From the human T2T-CHM13v2.0 reference genome, Homo sapiens: a DNA stretch of 64,000 nt. A model generated the notes under the pieces. That model was given only the letters and a program-made list of their open reading frames with translations. It searched no databases and was not told the DNA's origin. This document shows positions 1-59,240 of the stretch, piece after piece (position 1 is the first letter of the stretch; each line of letters opens with the position of its first letter). The stretch lies in NCBI RefSeq assembly GCF_009914755.1, contig NC_060926.1; one strand, 5' to 3'. The position numbers were made by a program, and so were the translations under genes.

Positions 1-2510
<2,510 letters not shown>

Positions 2511-2783
2511 CTATTTGTTTTCATATTCCTCCTCACACCCAGTTTAGTGTCTGGCATGTAGATGCTCAGTGAATGATTGATTTGGGTAGTTTTGGTTCTT
2601 TATACGGGTCTTCAGGTTAGTCCCAATGTACTGGCATGGAGCTAGTTACTTGAGCAGGTCTTCACAAAGGTCTGAGTAGCAGGTGATAAAAGGGGTTGTG
2701 AAGTCTGGACTCCTAACTTAAGTGGTGGAGATGCTAAAAGAGAAACAAAGGCAGCAGAGTTGCTGAGGGTAGGGAGTATGGCA

Positions 2784-2789
2784 TTTATT
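2784..2789 (-). terminator. EIF2B4: EIF2B4 polyadenylation signal AATAAA
   Basis: tttatt on + strand, 18 nt downstream of the stop codon. Confidence 0.8.
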
Positions 2790-2807
2790 AACCCTGTGTT
2801 TCCCCCG

Positions 2808-8711
<5,904 letters not shown>

Positions 8712-8950
8712 CGCCCTCAGTCCTAGGCTCCGCCCGCCGTGGTCACGGAGCCGCCCCGCTGCCTCGCTCCGCGGCTGCAGGGTCCACAGCGCCACCTGGG
8801 CTGGAGGCTGAGCCGCAGAAGCGAAGCGCGCAGCCCCAATCGGACTACAATTTCCGACGGGCCCCGAGGCCCCGCCCCGCACTACGGGTTGCAATGAGGG
8901 CCAACTCCACTTTGGGCTCCCTATCCGGACAGGTGGCTCTTGCCCTTTAG

Positions 8951-8969
8951 ACTACAGTTCCCAGCATGC
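8951..8969 (+). promoter_or_regulatory. ZNF143 (SBS)/THAP11 motif ACTACAGTTCCCAGCATGC, with a second ACTACAATTTCC at 8844-8855
   Basis: Near-perfect match to the ACTACAnnTCCCAGnATGC consensus typical of bidirectional promoters. Confidence 0.8.
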
Positions 8970-9140
8970 CCAGGCGATTGCGTCCCAGAACCGACGTCCC
9001 ACCGCCTTCCCACATCGGATCGCAGGGCTCCCAAAATGGCGAGTGAGGCTGCGGGGACTCGCTGAGCAGCGGAGGGGGAGCGTGCAGAGCCGCTGCGGCC
9101 CTCACAGTCCGGAGCCCGGCCGTGCCGTGCCGTAGGGAAC

Positions 9141-15114
<5,974 letters not shown>

Positions 15115-15644
15115 TCTCCACTGCTTGGATGTCTGCCCTCTACCCCAGAGGAATTTACAGAAACTTGCCCTGTGCCTGTGTCCCCCATGCTAGGGGCGGA
15201 GGGGTCTTTTCCTTCTTCTTTCCTACCTACCCCTTTTCTCTTGGCCAGGGGCCTCGTATCCTACCTTTCCTTGTCCCCTGGGCTGGCTGCACAGAGGATT
15301 GCCCCTTCTCTTTTCAGAGCTGGCCCTCGATGCCAAATTAGCATTTAGTATTTTGCACAAAGTCTAAGGGACCATGGCTGCCTGCCTTGGGGAGGAACCA
15401 TAGCTCCCTCTGGGCCGCTTCTGGCCTCTTGGAGCCATGGGCCAAAGGCCAAGGGGATGGGCAGAGGTCTGTGTTTGGTCTGGCCCAGTTCCCCATCATT
15501 AAACTCAGCCTGACTGCTGCCTACCTCTGGTTCCCTCTCACTGCCCCTGCTTCCCCCATCACAGCATGGACTACTATGCTAAGGGTAAGGCCAAATTGCC
15601 TGCCATTGCCAATTCAGCATAGACATGGCTTTGTTAGTGTTTCC

Positions 15645-15650
15645 TTTATT
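15645..15650 (-). terminator. ZNF513: ZNF513 polyadenylation signal AATAAA
   Basis: tttatt on + strand, ~290 nt past the ZNF513 stop. Confidence 0.7.
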
Positions 15651-15671
15651 ATAAAGCACTGAAATAAGTTA

Positions 15672-15677
15672 AATAAA
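15672..15677 (+). terminator. SNX17: SNX17 polyadenylation signal AATAAA (proximal ATTAAA at 15498-15503)
   Basis: Hexamers seen downstream of the SNX17 stop. Confidence 0.65.
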
Positions 15678-15939
15678 CAGGTGGGAGGCTGGGCAGTCCC
15701 CCAGCCGGTTTGTCCACAGCCCCTGGGGGCAGTGGAGGTGAATACAGGGCCCTTCTCACTGAGCTCATGAAGTGCCTCAGTCAAGGCAAGGTCCCCTGGT
15801 CCATATGGGCCCCCCCGCCCATGGGGTTGGGCTGGTCCTTATAGTGCCTACGTTAGTCTGTGTGGAGCCCCTGGCCAGCGGGGGAGAAAAAGGTGGCTTC
15901 TGGTCCGTCTGTATAAAACATGGGGAAGAAGGACCTAGT

Positions 15940-18921
15940 TCAGGATGAGTCTGTGTGGACAGCCCGGCTGCCAGCAGTCCCCAGGGCTGGTGGGCCCCGA
16001 GAGCTCAAAACAGAGGGTGGGCTATGAGGTGGGGCCCAGCCCTCAGAGGCAGAGAGACCAGGCCCTCCTGCCCCACCGTGGCCATGCACCTTCTGGTGGC
16101 GCTTGTAGTTGTCCCAGTGGCCCGTGGTATAGGCGCAGGTGGCACAGCGGAAGGGCTTCTCGCCTGTGTGCCGCAGCATGTGACGTTTGAGGTTCATGCT
16201 CTGGTTGCAGCTGTAGTTGCAAAGGCTACACCGAAAAGGTTTGTCACCAGAGTGGATGCGACCATGACGCTTGAGGTTGGCCAGATTGCCACAGGCATAA
16301 GGGCAGAGGGGGCACTTGTAGGGCTTCTCTCCTGTATGGACGCGCTGGTGCCGTTTCAGGTTATCCAGATGAGCAGAGGCATAAGGACAGCGGGCGCAGC
16401 GGAAGGGCTTCTCACCACTGTGTGTCTTCATGTGCCGGGCCAGGTGGTTGGGATAGTGAGTGGCAAAGGGGCAGAGGCTACAGGCAAAGCCTTTGTCACT
16501 GGGGCCCTGGGGCCCCCCACTGGCACCCCCTCCAGCCTCTCCTCGCATGCAGCGCCCACACATGGCAGCTCCCAGCCGACTACCCTCACCCTCCTCCAGC
16601 TCTTGTCCACAGCCCCGGCAGGTCCAAGGGAATAGCAGCTCTGGCAGTGGTTCTGATCCAGTCCCGCAGAGGCCCTCCCCTTCACCCCGCAGCTGCCCAC
16701 AGTCTGGCAGGAAACTGGCACCACCTGGTGGCACATGGAGGCTCAAATCTGGAAGGAGCAGAGCATCTGTGGGGACAAAGACCTGGGCTATGAATCCAAT
16801 CCAAGCATTCCTAGGGTCAGCCACCCATGTCCCAAGATCTTTGGTCCCTGGTGTGTCTTACCTTCAGGTCGCCGGGGCACCGCCCCCTCCTGCTCTGTGG
16901 GACTGGGAGGCCGGGCTGGTCGTGGAGTACAGCAGCGGAAGCCACAGGTCGGGCAGGGAGGAGTGGGGGGCCCTGCGTGGGTACGCTGATGCCGCCTCAG
17001 GTTGCCCAGGCTGCTGCAGGCAAAGGGGCAGTGGGGACAGCGGTAGGGCTTCTCGCCAGTGTGGGTGCGGGTATGTCGTGTCAGGTTGACGAGCTGGGCT
17101 GAGGCGTAGGGGCAGCGGCCACAGCGGAACGGCTTCTCTCCGCTGTGTGTCTGCATGTGCCGCTTCAGGTGGCTCGAGTAGTGGGACACGAAGGTGCAGA
17201 GGCGGCATGAGTACAGTAGCCGTGGGGGCAGCAGGGGCCCCCCACCCGGCCCTCCTGCCCCACAACACGGCCCCTCACCTGTCGGCCCCCCACACAGCTG
17301 GCAGGCTGGGCCTGGCCTCTCACCCCTGGCCTCCCCTGGACCCCTGGCTGGCTCCTCAACTTCACTCTCCGCACTTAGTGCCCGGCCGCCCCCAGACTCA
17401 TCGTCGCTCAGCCCATAGGGAAGCCCAGGCCTGGCCCCCAGAGAGTCTCCTGGTGAAATAGACATAAGAAGAGACATCAGCATAGGGTAGGATCAGGCTC
17501 CAAACTCTCCCCTTTTCACTTATGGTCTCCCCACTTGCTTGGCTCCACCCTTAGCTTTGATGATCCCTTTAGTTCCCTCCTAGGAATCAAGGTCTCCCCT
17601 GCAGTAATTCCAGAAAATTCAACATGAATTGTCTACCTCTTACACTGGACTAATCTAGTGATGGTAGAATTGACCTGTATCTAGTTTCCCTCAATGGTCA
17701 AGGATCAAGGGCTCACAGTGGATCACAGACTGAAATGAATCCATAATGAAATTAATTCTTGAGACAAGAAAGTAAAAATACGAAAGGGAGAGAGCCCCCA
17801 AGACCTTTTTCTAAGCTCTATTGCTAAGGCCCCTTTTAGTAAGGAGCTGATATAAAATAAAACCTATCTCTGAGGCAAAATTTGGAGGGAAGTGGAGACA
17901 ATGAAAGTAATGCATGTAATACCACTTGCCTGCCTAAAGAACAGATATTTACATGGATCCCCTCAATGACTTTCAAAAAACATCTTGCATAAGTGGATGG
18001 GTAGTGCAGCAAATTAGGGTAGGGTGATGCTAAGATCACAGGGAAGAGGGACATGGAAGGATAAAGACAGAAACTAAAACCTCTCAATACAAAAGGAGCT
18101 TACGCTGCAGGTGAAAGGGAGTTAGATTAGACCTAAATACTGGGTTGAATGATTTACAGAGAGTTTGCTTCCCTGAACCTCTCTTAAAAGTAAATACACA
18201 TAAGGAATGGGCTAGGGAGAGAGACAGGGCATTTACTTTTAATCAGTTGCTCCATGTGATTCACCCACCCTCCTATTCCTATCACCTTTGACCAGGCCTC
18301 AGAACTTCACCTCAACAAAGTGATGGAAGTGATTGGACCATTAAACAAATGAAGTCATCTAGCTCAAATGTAAACTAAACCAGCCCTCGGTTGTGGCAGG
18401 AAATGGTGTTCTGTTCACCTAACCTGCCTCCTGAAGGGCTGGGGTCTCCAGCGGCCGCTAATCCTTAACCAAGACCCGAAAACCCACCTTCCGAGTCTCT
18501 CTCGAAGCCCATGAGCTGGTCACTGTTGCCGTCGCCTTCCTCCTCTTCCTCTTCCTCCTCAAACTCCAGATCCTGGCCTAGTAGCAAATCACTCTCCAAT
18601 ACCAGGGCCCCGGGTCCTTCGTCGAGGGAGTCTTCAGTATCCACTGAAGAGGGGAGGGGGCTTGTGGATTCTCCCTCAGGAACCAGCCCTCGTGGACCAC
18701 ACTTCCCGTACTCGCTGACCCACTCTGATTCCCTTAGTGCCTCGGTGGGAAGCTAGGAGTCTGGATCGCCCACTTCATCCCTCAGGAGTCCCCCTCCACC
18801 CTGACCTGAGCCCACTCCACTGACCCCACCCCCGCTCCTCTCCCCTCAAGGCCCCTGACCCCTGACCTTTGACCCCCTCGCATTTCACGGGCTGCGGGTG
18901 GCTTTGCTTCCTTCGGGGCAT
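15940..18921 (-). CDS. ZNF513: Zinc finger protein 513 (C2H2 clusters of 3 + 5 fingers), 4 exons, 541 aa
   Basis: Exons: 18867-18921, 18488-18643, 16862-17449, 15940-16766. Total 1626 nt = 541 aa + TGA. Starts MPRRKQSHPQPVK, has an acidic E-run and HTGEKPY/HSGEKPF linkers. Confidence 0.98.
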
Positions 18922-19600
18922 CGTGACCGGCTCCAGCCCGACGCGCCTCCGGCCTGCGGCCGCCCGACCCCGCCCCTCCTATCTCGGCCCGCCTGTCTGC
19001 CCTTCCTCTCAGGGCCCGCGGGCCGCCCCCATGCAGCGGCGCGGGCCCTGGGCAGCCCCCGGCCCTGGCCCCGGCGCCCAGCTCAGGCCGCTCCCGCCGC
19101 CGCCGCCGCTTCCATTCATGGAGCCCCCTACCCCCCTACGGAGACCAGCTGGTACCTCCGTACTCGCTTCCGCTTCCGCCGCCGCAGAGACGCACGGGAC
19201 ACGTAGTCCGTGGGAAGCGGCCGCGGCGGGAGCCTCAATGGCGTGACCGGGAAGTGATTGTGACGAGGCGGGGAGCAAGCCAATCAGCGGCAGCGGGGAG
19301 CCGGCCAGGAAGCAGCGCAGGAGGCGTCCTGCCCGACTCCAGGCTTCAGGCCAGCCAGACCGGTCCCAACCTGTCCCTGGGGGAACTAGATCATTTCTGG
19401 CTGCAGGAGGGGGCGAGGGGCAGCCGCGACGCCCGCCAGGCCGGCCTACCAGCAGCTCGCTCTGGGCTCTCCTATACACGCGCAGGACACACACGAGCAC
19501 ACGCACACACTCACATGGGGGCTCGCCACATGCTACAGATGGGACCAAGTCGGGGGCCACGGCAGCAGAAAAAAAAGGACACGATGCGTACGATTAGGTT
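18880..19600 (-). promoter_or_regulatory. ZNF513: ZNF513 CpG-island promoter and 5'UTR
   Basis: CpG-rich, ETS-like GGAAG sites (~19165-19180, ~19247-19256), CCAAT ~19280, (GCC)n tract ~19096-19109. Confidence 0.8.
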
Positions 19601-19606
19601 TTGGCC

Positions 19607-19612
19607 TTTAGT
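19607..19612 (-). terminator. PPM1G: Probable PPM1G non-canonical poly(A) signal ACTAAA
   Basis: No AATAAA/ATTAAA seen on - strand between the stop and the ZNF513 promoter. ACTAAA is followed by a GU/U-rich tract (minus strand ...cgtgtcctttttttt). Confidence 0.55.
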
Positions 19613-19993
19613 CTGAAAAAGTGTTGATTGAAAGTGTACAACAGAGAGCGGGTGCAAGCGGCCGAGGGCCATGGAGCCGCCAATAAAAAAGAATGTCCTT
19701 AAATAAAGTTCACAGAGTAAAAACCAGAACCGCCAGTCCTTCCCTCCAACACAACAGAGCACAGGCACAGAACCGGTGATGAGCCCGAGGAGCAGAGGCG
19801 GCTGGGGAGGACAGCAGAGGCTCCCGGCTGCAGTGTGGAGGGAGAGCCCTCTTTGGAATGGGCGGAGTGAAGCCACCCAGCTCCCCCTGCACACCTCATA
19901 CCCACTGCTAAGGCTAAAGGAAAAAGACAAAACTCAGTCTCAGGTCCGGAGGGCTCAGAAAACAGTCTAGGTGGGCAGGGGTCTGGATGACTG

Positions 19994-47816
<27,823 letters not shown>

Positions 47817-49081
47817 GGCGGCGGCTGGCCGGCGGCCTCAGGTGCAGGAAAGCTGGGCGCGACCCGTGCCGGAGCCGAAGCCCCGGGGGTGCGCGCGGCA
47901 GGAGCAGGCCCCGCGGCGCGACCGACGCAAGGTGCCGGTGAAAGGCGCGAGGCCGGCCAGGAGGCGGTAACGGGACGGGAGCTGTGAGGGAGCGGAAGCG
48001 GAAACGGCGCCGCTCCAGACCCCGCCCGGCCTGCGCGGCGGGGCCAGGCGCTGCGGGCAGTCATTTCCTTAGCAACTCGCCCCGCCCGCAGGGACAACGG
48101 CCCGCCCAACGGCCGCTCCCGCGAGACTAGCGCGACCACGCCCACCAACGGCCGCCGTCCTACTCCGCTTCCTCGCGCAGGTGGCAGGTCGCCTCTGGCA
48201 GAACCTCTTCCTTCGTTCCCAGTCCCCAGCCTCTTGGCGTTTTGTCTGACGCCTCTTTTGTGTCGGACTCGACGCTTTCAGCCCGTCCTCCAGTGTTTTC
48301 ATCCCCCTCTCCCCAACGTTGCACTCTCAGACTCCGCAAACCCCGCCCGATTTGGTTCAATTAAAGTTGACCAGTATTTGTTCCGAGCTTAGGAAGTACT
48401 TGGCCAGGCCATGCGAGGCCTATATGAGAAGAATGTGAGTCTTTTCTGAAAGCGAAGACCTCGATCTGTGATATAATTCGAGTTAATACAATGTAGAAAT
48501 GTTTGGTACAGCCTATTCTGGGTGGGAAAAGCTCAAGGATGGGAGGAGGAGCTGTTTCTTGGAGGATTGAAAGGATGTAGGCTCTCAGAGAGGATGCCTC
48601 TGGATTGCATTATGCCACAGGAAAAGGGAATAATGTTATAAGGTTTGGAGGAGTGAGGGAAGAATGTGAACTGCATTTGGGGAGGATTTCTGAGGAAGCT
48701 GGCTGGACTCGGAGAATGATTGTAAGTGGTAATATTAACTAGCTAGCTTGATAAAAAGAAGCGCCAAGATGAGTGACTTGGACTTCATTGTCGTCCTGGT
48801 GTAACCTTTGGCATCGTTTGTCTAGTCTTTGTATGCAGTGTACATTGGAGGGAGAGAGTCTGGGGCACTGTTGTGTTGTTGTTTTTTGTTTGTTTTTGAG
48901 ACAGAGTCTCGCTCTGTCGCCCAGGCTACAAGCTCCGCCTCCCGGGTTCACGCCATTCTCCTGCCTCAGCCTCCCGAGTAGCTGGGACTACAGGCGCCCG
49001 CCACCACGCCTGGCTAATTTTTTGTATTTTTAGTAGAGACGAGGTTTCACCGTGTTAGCCAGGATGGTCTCCATCTCCTGA

Positions 49082-49435
<354 letters not shown>

Positions 49436-49610
49436 TGAGCCACCGCGCCTGGCCTGGGGCACTGCTACTAGTTAGAGAGCTCTTACTCTAAGCAGGAGAT
49501 GAGAAGAGCTGGGAGTAAGGTGGTACCACGCAGGGTGGCAATGGGAATCCAGATGAAAGGACAAATTAGACAATAACAAATAAGACAGATTTGGTAATAA
49601 ATTGCATTCA

Positions 49611-49967
<357 letters not shown>

Positions 49968-51758
49968 TTAAAAAGATAAAACTAATCATGGCTTCTTCAT
50001 GCTCTTCCGATAGTCCAAATTCCTTATAGTTTACAAGACCCTTCATGCTAATCATCCAGATTCACGTATGCCTCTCTTTAACTCTCCATTTCTCCTACAA
50101 CTCTGCTTCAGCAATGTCTTTGGGTGCATCTAAAGCCATGCTTTCTCTTACACTTTTACCCATGGAGCACACCTCTCCACACCCCTCTTGACCATCACTT
50201 TCTCCAGGAAATCTCTACTATCACTATACTAGTTTGGGTCCACACTTGTTTGTCTTTCCTGATAGAATATAAGCCTTTATGAAGGCAGAAGTTCCATTAA
50301 ACTTACCATTGTGTTTTCCAGCATCCCTTGCAAAGTTGTATGTGCTGAATAATATTTAAATATTTGTTGAATGAATGAATAACACCAAGATTTTGACTCT
50401 GCATAACAAAATGTGGTGGAGCCATTAACAGAAAAAGGTGCAGTTTGAGGGGATGCTAGTTTTGGGGGGAAAACAGTGGTTCAGTTTAGGGTGACAACTA
50501 ATATAAAAACATTGAAAATATTAGATTGGAGTTAAGCCATGAAAGTGGAAAAGATGTTAATTAGGCTTGCAGGTTGCCAGGAACCTAGATGAGATCTCTG
50601 ACCAAAGCAGTGTAGAGGGAGCATATAAAATTACTCAGCCTTGGTTGCAGTGAGCTGAGATGGTGTCACTGCACTCCAGCCTGGGCGACAGAGTGAGACC
50701 CTGTCTCAAAAAACAAACAAATGAACAAAACAGCAACAACAAAAATTACTCAGCCTCTTCTTTCTTCTCCTTCTGCTCCTCCTCTTCCTCCTTCTTCTAA
50801 GAAATGAGGTCTTGCTATGTTGCTGAGGCTGGTCTTGAACTTCTGGGCTCAAGCAATCCTTCCACTTTAGCCTCCCAAATAGCCAGGACCACAGACATGT
50901 GCCACTATGCCCGCCTTCTTTTTTTTCTTTCTTTTTTTTTTTCTTTTTGGACTTTGTTTTTTCCTAAGAATGGAATGTGACATTGTTTAAAGAGCATGAA
51001 TTTTGCCACGTATTACCTATGAGATCTTTCACAAGTTACTTATTCCCTCTTAGGCTAAGTTCATCTGCAAGACAGACATACAGCATCTACTCTTCAAGAC
51101 TGCTTTAAGGATAAGAGGAATTGAATGTGAAGTGCTGAGTTATCCATAAATGTTGTATATTATTCAACAAAAGACTGCTGTTTAAGTGTCCATACATACA
51201 CGCTAAATATGGAATGGAAGCCACATTTAATTGTGTTCACAAAAAATAGGAGGTGGCCTGAAAATAAATGGGAAAAAAACAGACAAGAAAAAAAGTGGAA
51301 AAGAAAATATAACTCGAGGCTGGGCACAGTGGCTCACGCCCGTAATCCCAGCACTTTGGGAGGCTGAGGCAGGCGGATCACTTAAGGTCAATAGTCCGAG
51401 ACCAGCCTGGCCAACATGGTGAAACCCTCTCTCTACTAAAAATACTATATAAACACACACACGCACACACACAATATGACTCAAGGAAAAAGTAACGCAC
51501 TGGGAGAGCAATAATGTTACAGAGAGGGGAGATAGATACTAAGGGGGATCATGGAAAGAGGTGAAAAAGGAGAAAGAGTATGAAGATTATCCCCTCACCA
51601 TCCTATTCCCCTCAAAGTCACTACAGTATATTTCCAGTGACGTAAAGGTTTCATGCTTTGACTAGAAGGGAGAAAGAAAAAAAATTTTAAAAAAAGGCCG
51701 GGCGCAGTGGCTCACGCCTGTAATCCCAGCACTTTGGGAGGCCGAGGCGGGTGGATCA

Positions 51759-52081
<323 letters not shown>

Positions 52082-52357
52082 CTAATCAGACATGGTAATA
52101 GAGCCAGCTCCTGAACATGTACTTGAGGTGTTAGTCCACATGAAAAAAGGGTTTTTATGGCAGGCATGGTGGCTCACACATGTAATCCCAGCACTTTGAG
52201 AGACTGAGGTGGGTGGATCACCTGAGGTCAAGAGTTCAAGACCAGCTTGACCAGTATGGTGAAACCCCGTCTGGCCGGGCACGGTGGTTCACGCCTGTAA
52301 TCCCGGCACTTTGGGAGGCTGAGGCGGGCAGATCACGAGGTCAGGAGTTCGAGATCA

Positions 52358-52766
<409 letters not shown>

Positions 52767-52769
52767 TTA

Positions 52770-53186
<417 letters not shown>

Positions 53187-53678
53187 TCAATTGTAAATTT
53201 GAATGTGAACTGAAGATCACTCAAAAAAGTGTTAATCTAGATCATCCAAAATATGCCAATATGCTTGTATTTATATTAAATATTATAAATTTATGTTGTC
53301 TTCCTATGTTACCCAGGTTGGCCTCAAACTCCTGGGCTCAGACAATCCTCCCACCTCAGCCTCCTGAGTAGGTGCATGCTGCTGTGCCTGGATCTCATTG
53401 TTTTTGACCCTTTCTTCATATACATGTGATTCATATACATCAATATTATACTATTCATGAAATGATACCTTTAAAAACTAAGCAGTTTTGATACCATATT
53501 CCTTCTTGGTTGTGATTAAAGGTGAAAGATTGATCCAGAGAGGAAAAAAATAATCTCAGGGACAAGATTTAGGGCTAAGAAAGAAGGAATTCAAATATTT
53601 TGAAGGTACTAAAAACGAAGAGGGAGAGTCTATTTCTGGGATTCTGGGCTAGTTCTTACTCCCCTTTATACTCATTAA

Positions 53679-53891
<213 letters not shown>

Positions 53892-54194
53892 TAATTTTAG
53901 TGGAGGCAGGTTTTCATTGTGTTAGCCAGGATGGTCTGGATCTTCTGATCCTCGTGATCCGCCCACCTCGGCCTCCCAAAGTGTTGGGATTACAGGCGTG
54001 AGCCACGGTGCCGGGCCATATTTTGACATCTTTTCTTTTCTTTTTGAGTTGGAGTCTCGCTCTGTCGCTGAGGCTGGAGTGCAGTGGCACGATCTTGGCT
54101 CACTGCAACCTCCTCCTCTGGGTTCAACCAATTCTCCCTGCCTCAGCCTCCTGAGAAGCTGGAATTACAGGCGCCCGCCAACACGCCCGGCTAA

Positions 54195-54335
<141 letters not shown>

Positions 54336-54344
54336 TGACATCTT

Positions 54345-55715
<1,371 letters not shown>

Positions 55716-56103
55716 GTGCCCAATAAATGAAACTATTTTTTTAAGTCAAAAAAGTGTTATGTTTTACAGCTGTACTTTTCTATTTCTAGAAGGCAAGACA
55801 TAAATTAATCTTGAAGCAATCTGCCTATACTCATGGAAATCACTAGAATGGGCCCTTTAGACACATATAAAGGAAATACCTATCTCTATCCTAAAGAAAG
55901 TCACAAAAGGACCATTAACCAAAATTCAGGTCTTTCAGACTGATATGCTGGGGTTTATCTTTTTATTAATAATATAAATTGTGGGTTGGGTATGGTGGCT
56001 CACGCCCATAATCTTAACACTTTAGGAGGCTGAGGCGGGCGGATTGCCTGAGCTTAGGAGCTTGAGACCAGCCTGGGCAACATGGCGAAAACCATCTCTA
56101 CTA

Positions 56104-56462
<359 letters not shown>

Positions 56463-56633
56463 TTAGCAGGATTGTGTCCTTCCAGTGGGGGGTGGGGGGG
56501 CAGGGAGAGATCATATTTTCTTTTCAATAAGGATATAGAGTGAACTGTCTCTTAAAATCCTTATTTGTTCGGCCGGGTGCGGTGGCTCACGCCTGTAATC
56601 CCAGCACTTTGGGAGGCTGAGGCAGGCAGATCA

Positions 56634-56880
<247 letters not shown>

Positions 56881-56915
56881 TTAGGAGATCCATGTACGGG
56901 TTTTTTTTTTTTTAA

Positions 56916-57191
<276 letters not shown>

Positions 57192-57605
57192 TGAGCCACT
57201 GTGCCTGGCCTCCCCATCTTTTAACTATATCTATATATCCCGAGTTTTTGTGCTGCATTCTGTGTGAATTAACTTATTCTTTTGTTAGTCATACCAAACT
57301 TAGAGTTCTTTTTATTATTTTGTTTCTCTTAATACCAAACAAATCAGGCAAGGAATTTCTTTACTTGTTTTTGGCGAGATCTTTGTCACTCTCTCTCCAA
57401 ACCTGCTCCAACAATTAACAAGTATCAGTGATCTGATTATCTCTCTAGTTTTCTCATTTATTTCCTGAAGAATGTTCTCCTTTTCATCCCTGAGAGGTCT
57501 GAGAAAAAAAAAGAAAAAAAGAAGAATTTCTCTCTGGAAAGTCTCCTCTCTTCCCTCCAAGACGTAATACATTTTATTTGTTTGTTTGTTTGTTTGTTTA
57601 TTTGA

Positions 57606-57713
<108 letters not shown>

Positions 57714-58179
57714 TAGCTGAGATTACAGGCGCGTGCCATCACGCCTGGCTAATATTTGTATTTTTAGTAGAGATGGGGTTTCTCCATGTTGGCCAGGCTG
57801 GTCTCGAACTTCTGACCTCAAGTGATTCGCCCGCCTCGGCCTCCCAAAGCGCTGGGATTACAGGCGTGAGCCACCGCGCCTAGACAATAAATTTTATTTT
57901 TTAAAAAAGATTAAATTTCAAACTGCAAAACTGGAGGTAAGGCAAAAGAAAGGAAACCCACACCCAGGTTCGAAATTTTCAACTATTATTGCTAAAAAGT
58001 GAGACATCTTCACAAAACTTGGAGTGGAAAACCATAGGTTTTATGGTCCAAGTTCCTGACTTCCAATACTGGAGAGTCTTCACTGGACTTTTCTTCACTT
58101 CCTTAACTGCTTGTTGAATTCCTATTTATCATTTAGAACGCAGCTCAGACAGATCAACTTTGTTCTTTGGGAAACCGTA

Positions 58180-58835
<656 letters not shown>

Positions 58836-58837
58836 TA

Positions 58838-59240
<403 letters not shown>

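Noticed and set aside
15955-17461. Long + strand ORFs (226, 209, 123, 104 aa) antisense to ZNF513
   Set aside because: Expected shadow ORFs of GC-rich C2H2 zinc-finger coding sequence, with no recognisable domain.
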